A DNA stretch of 64,000 bases from Thermoplasmatota archaeon (GTDB taxonomy: Archaea; Thermoplasmatota; E2; DHVEG-1), in assembly GCA_025457885.1 (NCBI GenBank), contig JALOTN010000001.1, forward strand, positions 2,822-66,821. Reading direction: 5' to 3'. The position numbers and the translations under genes were made by a program. The notes beneath the pieces were generated by a model. It was not told where the DNA came from, ran no database searches, and saw nothing but the letters and a program-made list of their open reading frames with translations. Positions 28,859 through 36,621 of the stretch are shown here, in pieces (position 1 is the first letter of the stretch; the number at the start of each line of letters is the position of its first letter).

Positions 28859-29551
28859 TTAAACACCCCGGAGAGCACATCGTTTGAAATACGGTTGTAT
28901 TTCTTTTAACGTCTCCCGGAGATATTCCAGGTGATACGGCAACGTCGTCTCAAGTGATGGAGACACCAAAGGAGGTTTACTCTTGAACTGCTGAAGGAAA
29001 TATGCCTCCGCTCCGTTCAACCATTCAGCGATCTCAACGATGTCTTCTTTGAAAAGCAACCCAGGGATAAACGTGGTCTTGAACTCATAGGCTGGTGCCT
29101 TGGTTTTCAGAAGATCAATCGACGCTTGAATTCTGGTCAGGTCACTTTTCACACCAGTCAATTGAGGATATTTCTTCTTTGGGGCTTTCACATCCATGGC
29201 GATGTAATCCACCAGTTGTTGTTCAAGAAGTTCATTGAGTCGTTCGGGGAACATTCCGTTTGTATCTATTTTAACCAATAACCGCATGTCTTTAACCTTT
29301 CTTACAAAATCAACCAAGTCCTCCTGAAGAAGAGGTTCACCTCCTGAAATGACGACCCCTTCAAGAAGAGTCTTTCTCTTTGAAAGAAAGGAAAGGATCT
29401 CCGCCTCAGGGAACAACTCTGCAGTCCCCAAGGCAAGGTTCTTATTATAACAGAAGGGACAGCGGAAGTTACATCCGCTGGTCCAGACAATCGCGCTGAT
29501 CCGATCAGGGTAATCCAGCAGCGATGTCTTCTGAAACCCCCCTATGTTCAT
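28859..29551 (-). CDS. nrdG: anaerobic ribonucleotide reductase activating protein (radical SAM)
   Basis: CNFRCPFC radical-SAM cysteine triad near the N-terminus. 4-nt overlap with nrdD. Confidence 0.85.
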   Translation of the reverse strand: MNIGGFQKTSLLDYPDRISAIVWTSGCNFRCPFCYNKNLALGTAELFPEAEILSFLSKRKTLLEGVVISGGEPLLQEDLVDFVRKVKDMRLLVKIDTNGMFPERLNELLEQQLVDYIAMDVKAPKKKYPQLTGVKSDLTRIQASIDLLKTKAPAYEFKTTFIPGLLFKEDIVEIAEWLNGAEAYFLQQFKSKPPLVSPSLETTLPYHLEYLRETLKEIQPYFKRCALRGV

Positions 29552-31692
29552 GCGGTAACAAGGACCTTTTCCCGCAGATCAAAGGTGGTTCGATCGCGGA
29601 ACTCCTGTTGCTTACCTTTGTTCCATTGGTTCACTGGCCTGATGTAACCGACGACACGGGAGTAGATTTCACATTCCGTGGTCTTCTGAGCAGCTTGACA
29701 GGTCGGGCAGAGCTGATGCTCCCCAGCGATGTACCCATGGTCCGGGCAGACACTAAATGTTGGAGTAATCGTGTAATACGGGAGTGCATAGTTTTCTGCG
29801 ACCTTACGAACAAGATTCTTCGTCGCAGTAGGTGACGGCTCTTCTTCACCAAGGAAGATATGCAGGACTGTACCACCCGTGTATTTGGTCTGCAGACTAT
29901 CCTGCAGGTCAAGTGCTTCGAACACATCAGTCGTGAACCCTACGGGTAGCTGTGTAGAGTTGGTGTAGTACGGCTGGACGTCTCTGCCTCGGTTCTGCGA
30001 GTAAATCTCCTGGTTATAGGTGCGTAATTCAGGATAATATTTCTTGTCCAGTCGTGCGAGTCGATAGCTGGTCCCCTCCCCAGGGGTAGCCTCCAGGTTG
30101 AAGATGTTGCCCGTTTCTTCTTGGTAATCCATGATGCGAGTCCGCATATAATCAAGGACCTTCTCCGCGAATGCTTTCCCTTCAGGATCTGCGATGCTTT
30201 TATTCATGAAGTTGAGGAGCGCATCATTCATACCGATGAGTCCAATGGTAGAGAAATGATTTTTCCAGTACTCCCCGAAGGTCTTCTGCACATCAGACAG
30301 ATAGTAACGCGAGTACGGGTGGAGTCCGCTAGAGGTAAGGTTTTCAATAAGGTCTCTTTTGATTTCAAGGCTCTGCCTTGCGAGCATCATCAGCTTGTCA
30401 AGTCGTTCGAAGAAATCGGTATCATCTTTTGCTAGGTACCCAATCCGTGGCATGTTTAGGGTGACGACGCCGATAGACCCGGTTTTCGGGTTCGCACCAA
30501 ACAAGCCTCCACCTCGTTTCTGTAGCTCTCTGTTGTCCAAGCGTAATCGACAACACATACTACGTGCGTCCTCTGGTTTCATGTCACTGTTAATGAAGTT
30601 TGAGAAATAGGGGATCCCGTATTTTGCGGTCATATCCCAGAGGGGAGCAAGACCGTCGTTATTCCAGTTAAAATCCTTTGTAATATTGTAGGTAGGAATC
30701 GGGAAGGTGAAGGGCCGTCCTTTCGCATCCCCATCATGCATGATCTCCGCGAACGCATGGTTAATCATGTCCATCTCCCCGGTGTACTCACTGTAGTTGT
30801 TATCCATCAGGTTTCCACCGATGATCGCCGGCTCCTCCATCATATAACTGGGGACGGTCAGGTCCATGGTGATGTTCGTAAATGGGCTTTGGAACCCGAC
30901 CCGTGTGGGCACATTCATGTTGAAGAGGAACTTCTGCATCTCCTGTTTAACGCTGTCGTAGGAGAGCTGGTCTTTGGCGATGAAAGGAGCAAGCAAGGAA
31001 TCAAAGTTCGACAGCGCCTGTGCACCTGCTGCCTCACCTTGCAAGGTGTAAAGATAGTTGACAATCTGCATGAGTGCAGTGCTGAAATGCTTGGCTGGTT
31101 TGCTTTCGATTTTCCCTGAGACTCCTTTGAAACCGAGGAGCAGTAAATCCTTTAGATCCCACCCTACGCAGTACGCTCCGAGGGTACCCAGATCGTGAAT
31201 ATGGTAATCTCCCCGGGAGTGCGCATCGCCGATCTCGGGGGGGTAAATCTTGTTGAGCCAGTAATGGGAGACGATGCTTTCGGTCGCATAGACGTTGAGC
31301 CCCTGGAGGGAGTAACTCATGTTGCTGTTCTCGTTGACCTTCCAGTCTAGCATGCTCAGATAGTCGTCGACCACATCGATGTCTTTGAGCAATCCTCCGA
31401 TTTCCCGCATGTCCTGGTGTTGTTTCCGATAGAGGATGAAGGCTTTGGCGGTCTTCGCATGTCCGTCTTCGATGAGGACTTTTTCAACGGCATCCTGGAC
31501 TTGTTCGACGGTTGGTATTTCACCGCGTTTGAGTTCTTTTTCTAAAATAGATAGGACTTGATCAGTAAGCTCTGCGGCGCGTTTGTAGTCCTTTCCACCC
31601 ACGGCTTGGGCGGCTTTCCAGATGGCTTCTGTGATTCTCACAGGGTTGAAATCAACGATCTTTCCGTCTCGTTTTCTTATCTTTCGTATCAT
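29548..31692 (-). CDS. nrdD: anaerobic ribonucleoside-triphosphate reductase (class III)
   Basis: N-terminal ATP-cone (MIRKIRKRDGKIVDFN...). C-terminal Zn-ribbon CPDHGY...CPTC. Glycyl-radical motif RVVGY near the C-terminus. Confidence 0.9.
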   Translation of the reverse strand: MIRKIRKRDGKIVDFNPVRITEAIWKAAQAVGGKDYKRAAELTDQVLSILEKELKRGEIPTVEQVQDAVEKVLIEDGHAKTAKAFILYRKQHQDMREIGGLLKDIDVVDDYLSMLDWKVNENSNMSYSLQGLNVYATESIVSHYWLNKIYPPEIGDAHSRGDYHIHDLGTLGAYCVGWDLKDLLLLGFKGVSGKIESKPAKHFSTALMQIVNYLYTLQGEAAGAQALSNFDSLLAPFIAKDQLSYDSVKQEMQKFLFNMNVPTRVGFQSPFTNITMDLTVPSYMMEEPAIIGGNLMDNNYSEYTGEMDMINHAFAEIMHDGDAKGRPFTFPIPTYNITKDFNWNNDGLAPLWDMTAKYGIPYFSNFINSDMKPEDARSMCCRLRLDNRELQKRGGGLFGANPKTGSIGVVTLNMPRIGYLAKDDTDFFERLDKLMMLARQSLEIKRDLIENLTSSGLHPYSRYYLSDVQKTFGEYWKNHFSTIGLIGMNDALLNFMNKSIADPEGKAFAEKVLDYMRTRIMDYQEETGNIFNLEATPGEGTSYRLARLDKKYYPELRTYNQEIYSQNRGRDVQPYYTNSTQLPVGFTTDVFEALDLQDSLQTKYTGGTVLHIFLGEEEPSPTATKNLVRKVAENYALPYYTITPTFSVCPDHGYIAGEHQLCPTCQAAQKTTECEIYSRVVGYIRPVNQWNKGKQQEFRDRTTFDLREKVLVTA

Positions 31693-31713
31693 GTGTTTCT
31701 CTCCTTCTCCTTA

Positions 31714-32160
31714 TTATTTTTCTGTCAGATTTTTAACCTCTTTTTCAAAGCTGGTGACATCGGTGAATTGCCGGTAGACTGATGCGAACCGGATGTAGGC
31801 GACCTGGTCGACTTCTTTGAGAGCTTCCATGACGTATTCACCGATGAGTGTGGTTTCGACTTCTTCTTTTCCGGTGCGTCTGATTTTTTCTTCGATTCCA
31901 TCGATCATCTCTTCGATTTTCTCGTGGCTGATCGGGCGTTTTTCGAGTGCTTTTGCGATGCCGTTTCTGATTTTGCAGCGGTCGTATCGTTCGCGTCTGC
32001 CGTCTTTTTTAATGACGAAGAGGGGTACCATTTCGATGTATTCGTAGGTCGTGAACCGCTTGTTGCAGCTGAGACATTCTCGTCGTCTGCGGATGGACCC
32101 ACCGGTGTCGCGCGAGTCGGTAACCTTCGTGTCAATATGGTTGCAATAGGGGCAATTCAT
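31714..32160 (-). CDS. nrdR: NrdR-family transcriptional repressor (Zn-ribbon + ATP-cone)
   Basis: MNCPYCNH...(18)...[12 protein letters not shown] zinc ribbon, followed by an ATP-cone ([16 protein letters not shown]...). Sits 21 nt upstream of nrdD with an AGGAGAAGGAGAG SD between them. Confidence 0.8.
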   Translation of the reverse strand: MNCPYCNHIDTKVTDSRDTGGSIRRRRECLSCNKRFTTYEYIEMVPLFVIKKDGRRERYDRCKIRNGIAKALEKRPISHEKIEEMIDGIEEKIRRTGKEEVETTLIGEYVMEALKEVDQVAYIRFASVYRQFTDVTSFEKEVKNLTEK

Positions 32161-32186
32161 CTCCCATCACCAGATATGCTCCAGAT

Positions 32187-32238
32187 ACAATATATGGTAT
32201 AGCAAAAAAATTAAGCTACAAACTGTAGTATATTTTGG
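32187..32238 (-). promoter_or_regulatory. nrdR operon promoter region with two ATATAT-centred imperfect palindromes
   Basis: acaatatatggtat (32187-32200) lies 27-40 nt upstream of the nrdR ATG, at TATA-box distance. gtagtatattttgg (32225-32238) is 38 nt further upstream. Confidence 0.25.
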
Positions 32239-32311
32239 TGGTTTTTAAATATTGTGATTTATTGAAAAAACAAGGTTTTCCACGAGTCGATTTATTAACC
32301 AGTGCGACGTG

Positions 32312-32941
32312 CTAGAGTGTGACGATTTTCGCCTGCGAAACGACATTCCGTACAAGCTCATCGACGTTGATTTTCTGCTCCTCAGCCAATATGTGCTCCA
32401 ATCTTGCCTGGGTGGATGGTTTCATCGGAACCGCAGCGCACCCCTCCGCTGGTGCGATGGACAAATCAAACGTCCCAATCTGCTTGGCTATTTTGATGGT
32501 ATCTTCCTTGTCAAATCCAATCAAGGGTCGAAGGATAGGGATGCTGACTGCTTGTTCCACAACCCGGAGGTTCTGCAGTGTCTGTGAGGCTACCTGACCA
32601 AGAGAATCCCCCATGATAACAGCCTCTGCTTGTTCTTTTCGTGCGAATGCCTCTGCATAGCGCAGCATCATTCGTTTGCACACCACGCAGGTATATTTAT
32701 TGTTACAATGAATCTTATATGCCTCCAGAGTCTGCCCATGGGGAAGCAGGTAGGCAGACAGCTTCGATGAGACCATTGTTTTCAGATACTTTGCTAGGGT
32801 GATGAACTTCTCAATCTCACGGTCATCGATGAACGGACGGTTATCGGCATGAAGCAGGATCAATTCATCTGCCTTCTTTGAAAGAAGATACGCAGCCACC
32901 GGGGAATCAATCCCGCTGGAGATCAACGCGACCAGCTTCAT
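32312..32941 (-). CDS. PP-loop ATP-pyrophosphatase, ThiI-like tRNA sulfurtransferase catalytic domain without THUMP
   Basis: ALISSGIDSPVA (SGGxDS-type PP-loop) and CVVCKR (CxxC as in methanogen ThiI). Only about 209 aa. Confidence 0.65.
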   Translation of the reverse strand: MKLVALISSGIDSPVAAYLLSKKADELILLHADNRPFIDDREIEKFITLAKYLKTMVSSKLSAYLLPHGQTLEAYKIHCNNKYTCVVCKRMMLRYAEAFARKEQAEAVIMGDSLGQVASQTLQNLRVVEQAVSIPILRPLIGFDKEDTIKIAKQIGTFDLSIAPAEGCAAVPMKPSTQARLEHILAEEQKINVDELVRNVVSQAKIVTL

Positions 32942-33249
32942 AGGGTCTCCACATCCACATACTCAAGGTATTCCTTCAATCCACCAACGGCGGGCAGAAC
33001 AAGGATTTCCGGCACTTCATAGGGATGCAGGGTGCGGATTCTTTGGATCGTCTGCTGGATGTTGCGCTCCATGGTTTTGGCAAGCAGCACATATTCAGTT
33101 GCTTCCTCTATCTTCCCTTGCCAGCGGTAGATCGACTCAATCTTTGGCAGGATATGCACACAAGCAACCAGTTTCTCTGTTACCAAGCAACGGGCGATGG
33201 TCCGAGCCGTCTCAAGAGTATCGGTGGTCGAATAAATAACAGAAACCAT
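32938..33249 (-). CDS. cutA: divalent-cation tolerance protein CutA
   Basis: 103 aa ...TEKLVACVHILPKIESIYRWQGKIEE...EVPEI is the conserved CutA1 core. 4-nt overlap with the upstream gene. Confidence 0.8.
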   Translation of the reverse strand: MVSVIYSTTDTLETARTIARCLVTEKLVACVHILPKIESIYRWQGKIEEATEYVLLAKTMERNIQQTIQRIRTLHPYEVPEILVLPAVGGLKEYLEYVDVETL

Positions 33250-33274
33250 GAAAACACCAATAGGGAGAATGATT

Positions 33275-33685
33275 TTAAGGATTTGTATGAGGAAAATAAG
33301 AGGTTACATCTAAGGAATCGATGGTTCGAAGGACTTCTTGAGAGGACCCGTAGAACAGATGACTCTGACAGATACAATCGCTACATCCGAACCGGGGGAT
33401 GCTTCTCAGATCGTTTGCAACCTCTTGAGCGATTATGCATTCTTCTTTTCGATTACTTTCTTTGTAAAAAACGTCGACCATCGTAGTAAACGGGAGAAGA
33501 TAATCAATGTGCCAATGAATCTTCTTCTGGCTGCGTAGATGCCGTTGGATTCGCTGTTCCAGTCCATTCAATGCAGACCCGACGTAGACGTACCATCCTT
33601 TTTTAAAATCAACCATACCTAGTTTTCCTACTTGGAGAGATGTCTCATTTGGAAGTTCCATCACCAGCAGATAGGTCCCTTTCAT
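33275..33685 (-). CDS. GIY-YIG superfamily / DUF123-like protein
   Basis: GTYLLVMEL...GWYVYVGSA...RIQRH...HWHIDYL matches the GIY-YIG-like layout seen in DUF123 proteins. Cys cluster CSDCIC. Confidence 0.55.
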   Translation of the reverse strand: MKGTYLLVMELPNETSLQVGKLGMVDFKKGWYVYVGSALNGLEQRIQRHLRSQKKIHWHIDYLLPFTTMVDVFYKESNRKEECIIAQEVANDLRSIPRFGCSDCICQSHLFYGSSQEVLRTIDSLDVTSYFPHTNP

Positions 33686-33737
33686 CAGAAGGATAAAGGG
33701 ATAGATTCTTATAAGACCGATTCTGATTCCATCCCTG

Positions 33738-34103
33738 ATGACATCACATCACCCCCAGTTCATCACCATTGAAAACCTCTCAGATGCACGAACAGAAATA
33801 CAAAAGATTGGAAGCGACCCGAAGAGCATCGACATCATGGCCCCCAAAGCGGTGTTTAAGATCATCGCAGTAAATCAAGTCGTCCTGCAGGATGCCATCA
33901 TTATCAAACAGGACATGCTCTCACTCGGTGGAGAAGTCGCCATCCCTCGAGAGGCATTCGAGCTGCAGAAAAACCCCGCCACCATCCTCATCATGGGGAC
34001 GGTGACACAACATCGAGAACTCGTTGAAAAACTCCAGCGGCACTACCCGCGCATCCAAGAAATCTCCAGGGAACTTTTTGAACTACTCGCAAAAATCTCC
34101 TAG
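33738..34103 (+). CDS. hypothetical protein
   Basis: 121-aa ORF in the correct orientation directly upstream of purB. No motif recognised. Confidence 0.3.
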   Translation: MTSHHPQFITIENLSDARTEIQKIGSDPKSIDIMAPKAVFKIIAVNQVVLQDAIIIKQDMLSLGGEVAIPREAFELQKNPATILIMGTVTQHRELVEKLQRHYPRIQEISRELFELLAKIS

Positions 34104-34144
34104 ACAAACCCGGTCCACAAAAGACATTAACTCATAGACGATTC

Positions 34145-35509
34145 ATGGTGAGATGCCTTATGGAAAATCCTGTCTGTCCCCTTGATTTCCGCTATGGGCG
34201 AAAAGAGATAAAGGACGTCTTTGGCGAGACAAGCAAACTCCAATATCTATTAGATGTCGAGGCGGCCCTGGCTCGTGCCCATGCTGTTGTTGGCAACATT
34301 TCAAAGAAAGCAGCTGATGAAATATCAAAAAAAGCAACAGTGAAGTACGTCACGGTCAAACGGGTCAATGAAATCGAAAAAGAAACCAGACATGACATCA
34401 TGGCGGTCACCAAAGCACTCAGCGAGGTCTGCAGCGGTGATGCAGGCAAATACGTGCATCTGGGAGCCACCAGCTATGACATTGTTGACACCGCCAACGC
34501 CTTACAGTTTGCTGCAGCGACTGATCTTATCAAAGCACAGACAAGAGAGCTCCGAGTCACTCTCGTCAACCTTGCAAAGGAGTATAAAAACACAATCATG
34601 GCAGGACGGACCCATGGACAGTTCTCCATCCCCATTACCTTTGGTTTAAAAATGGCGGTCTATGCTATGGAGGTCGACCGACATTTGGAACGACTCCACG
34701 AATGCAAATCACGTCTCCTTGTCGGCAAGATGTCTGGTGCGGTCGGCTCCGGGGCAGCAATGGGAAAACATGCCCTAAAAATCCAGGAGTTGGTCATGAC
34801 CGACCTCAAACTCGGGACCGATGAGGCAGCCACCCAGATCGTCGGTCGGGACCGTTACATCGAGCTTCTCTCCGTTTTAGCCAATATCGCTAGCAGTATG
34901 GAAAAATTCGCAACAGAGATCCGTAACCTCCAACGCAGCGAGATTAACGAAGTCTCTGAAGCCTTCGAAGCGAAGAAACAGGTCGGCTCCTCAACAATGC
35001 CACAGAAACGCAACCCCATCCTCTGTGAACAAGTATGTGGGATCGCTAGGGTCATCAGAGGCTTCATCATCCCAGCCTACGAGAACGCCATCCAATGGCA
35101 TGAACGCGACCTCTGCAATTCCTCCTCAGAACGCTTCATCCTCCCTCATTCCCTTATCATGACAGACTGGATCGTCTTCCAGATGAACAAAGTGTTCCGC
35201 AACCTCCAAATAAACCCAGAGCGGATGCGACAAAACCTGGAGAACTCCAAAGGACTTCCCATGGCTGAAGCAGTCATGACAAAACTGGTGGAAAAAGGAA
35301 TGGGACGCGGGGATGCCCATGAGCTTGTCAGAACCTGCTCCTTAAAAGCGGTCACCGATGACCGACAGCTCCTCACCGTGCTACTTGAGAACCCGAAAGT
35401 CATCAAACTCCTGAAGAAAAAGGAATTAGAAGACGTCATGAACCCCCGAAACTATCTGGGTGTCTCCGATAAGATCGTCGATCACGTCGTCAAAAAACTC
35501 ACTCGATAA
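34145..35509 (+). CDS. purB: adenylosuccinate lyase
   Basis: Fumarate-lyase signature GSSTMPQKRNP; PurB-like N-terminus; size about 450 aa. The start may be the second ATG at 34160. Confidence 0.9.
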   Translation: MVRCLMENPVCPLDFRYGRKEIKDVFGETSKLQYLLDVEAALARAHAVVGNISKKAADEISKKATVKYVTVKRVNEIEKETRHDIMAVTKALSEVCSGDAGKYVHLGATSYDIVDTANALQFAAATDLIKAQTRELRVTLVNLAKEYKNTIMAGRTHGQFSIPITFGLKMAVYAMEVDRHLERLHECKSRLLVGKMSGAVGSGAAMGKHALKIQELVMTDLKLGTDEAATQIVGRDRYIELLSVLANIASSMEKFATEIRNLQRSEINEVSEAFEAKKQVGSSTMPQKRNPILCEQVCGIARVIRGFIIPAYENAIQWHERDLCNSSSERFILPHSLIMTDWIVFQMNKVFRNLQINPERMRQNLENSKGLPMAEAVMTKLVEKGMGRGDAHELVRTCSLKAVTDDRQLLTVLLENPKVIKLLKKKELEDVMNPRNYLGVSDKIVDHVVKKLTR

Positions 35510-35525
35510 CAAAAGGTGTTGAACC

Positions 35526-36566
35526 ATGGATAAACTCGAAAAACTCACGACAAACGCCCAGGAAATCGTCACCATTGAAGAACTCAAAACTGTTTTAGAA
35601 AAACCCCATCCGAAAGCCTACATCGGATTCGAACCATCCGGGGTGGTCCATCTTGGATGGAAAATCTGCACAAACAAGATAAAAGATTTTCTTACCTGCG
35701 GATTCGATTTTACAGTACTGCTTGCGGACTGGCATGCGTACATCAACGATAAACTCGGGGGGGACCTTGAGAAAATCAAACTCTGTGGACGCTACATGCA
35801 GGACTGCTTCGCAGCCATGGGCGTCGATACCAGTAAAGTACGATTCGTGTACGCCAGTGATTATGTGAATGACGCAAAATACTGGGAGCTGGTGCTTAAG
35901 ACATCAAAAGCAACATCAGTTGCTAGGGTGAAACGCGCCATGGACATCATGGGACGCGGGGAGGAAGAAGGAGAAAAAGACCTCTCAAAACTCTTCTATC
36001 CGGCGATGCAAGTCTCCGACATCTTCTACCTGCAGCTTGATGTCGCCTACGGAGGCACAGACCAACGACATGCCCATATGCTCGCTAGAGATGTCGCAAA
36101 AAAAATTGGGAGAACCGCACCAGTCGCCATACACACACCATTATTAACAAGCCTTCAGGCAGACGGAAGGATGAACCCCATCGAAGCAAAGATGAGCAAA
36201 AGCAAACCAGAGACCATGATTTCTATCCATGATACTCCCGACATGGTGAAAAAGAAACTCAGTAAGGCATTCTGCCCTGAGAAACAAATCGAGGGAAACC
36301 CGGTTCTGGAGGTCTGCAAGTTCGTCATCTTCCCAGACCTTGAAGGAAAACCATTCCTTATCCAACGACCAGAGAAATTCGGCGGGAACCTGCAGTTCAC
36401 CACGTACCAGGAGTTAGAAAACGCATTCGCCGCAGGACTCCATCCACTGGACCTGAAGAATGCCACAGCTCAACACATCAACACTATCCTAGAGCCTGTA
36501 CATCGATACTTCGAAACCCACCCTGAGAATCTACAGAAAATGAAAACAGCAGGCATCCTTCAATAA
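35526..36566 (+). CDS. tyrS: tyrosyl-tRNA synthetase (archaeal type)
   Basis: GFEPSGVVHLGW (HIGH-like) and KMSKSKP (KMSKS). Confidence 0.9.
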   Translation: MDKLEKLTTNAQEIVTIEELKTVLEKPHPKAYIGFEPSGVVHLGWKICTNKIKDFLTCGFDFTVLLADWHAYINDKLGGDLEKIKLCGRYMQDCFAAMGVDTSKVRFVYASDYVNDAKYWELVLKTSKATSVARVKRAMDIMGRGEEEGEKDLSKLFYPAMQVSDIFYLQLDVAYGGTDQRHAHMLARDVAKKIGRTAPVAIHTPLLTSLQADGRMNPIEAKMSKSKPETMISIHDTPDMVKKKLSKAFCPEKQIEGNPVLEVCKFVIFPDLEGKPFLIQRPEKFGGNLQFTTYQELENAFAAGLHPLDLKNATAQHINTILEPVHRYFETHPENLQKMKTAGILQ

Positions 36567-36621
36567 CGACAAAAAAAACCCTTTTAATAAGGACAAAATA
36601 AAATGATAAAGAAGGAAAGGA

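Noticed and set aside
32187-32238. Calling the two palindromes definite NrdR boxes
   Set aside because: They match the bacterial consensus only partially and their spacing is ~38 nt rather than the usual ~31 nt. The proximal one is equally well explained as the TATA box. Kept only as a low-confidence regulatory feature.
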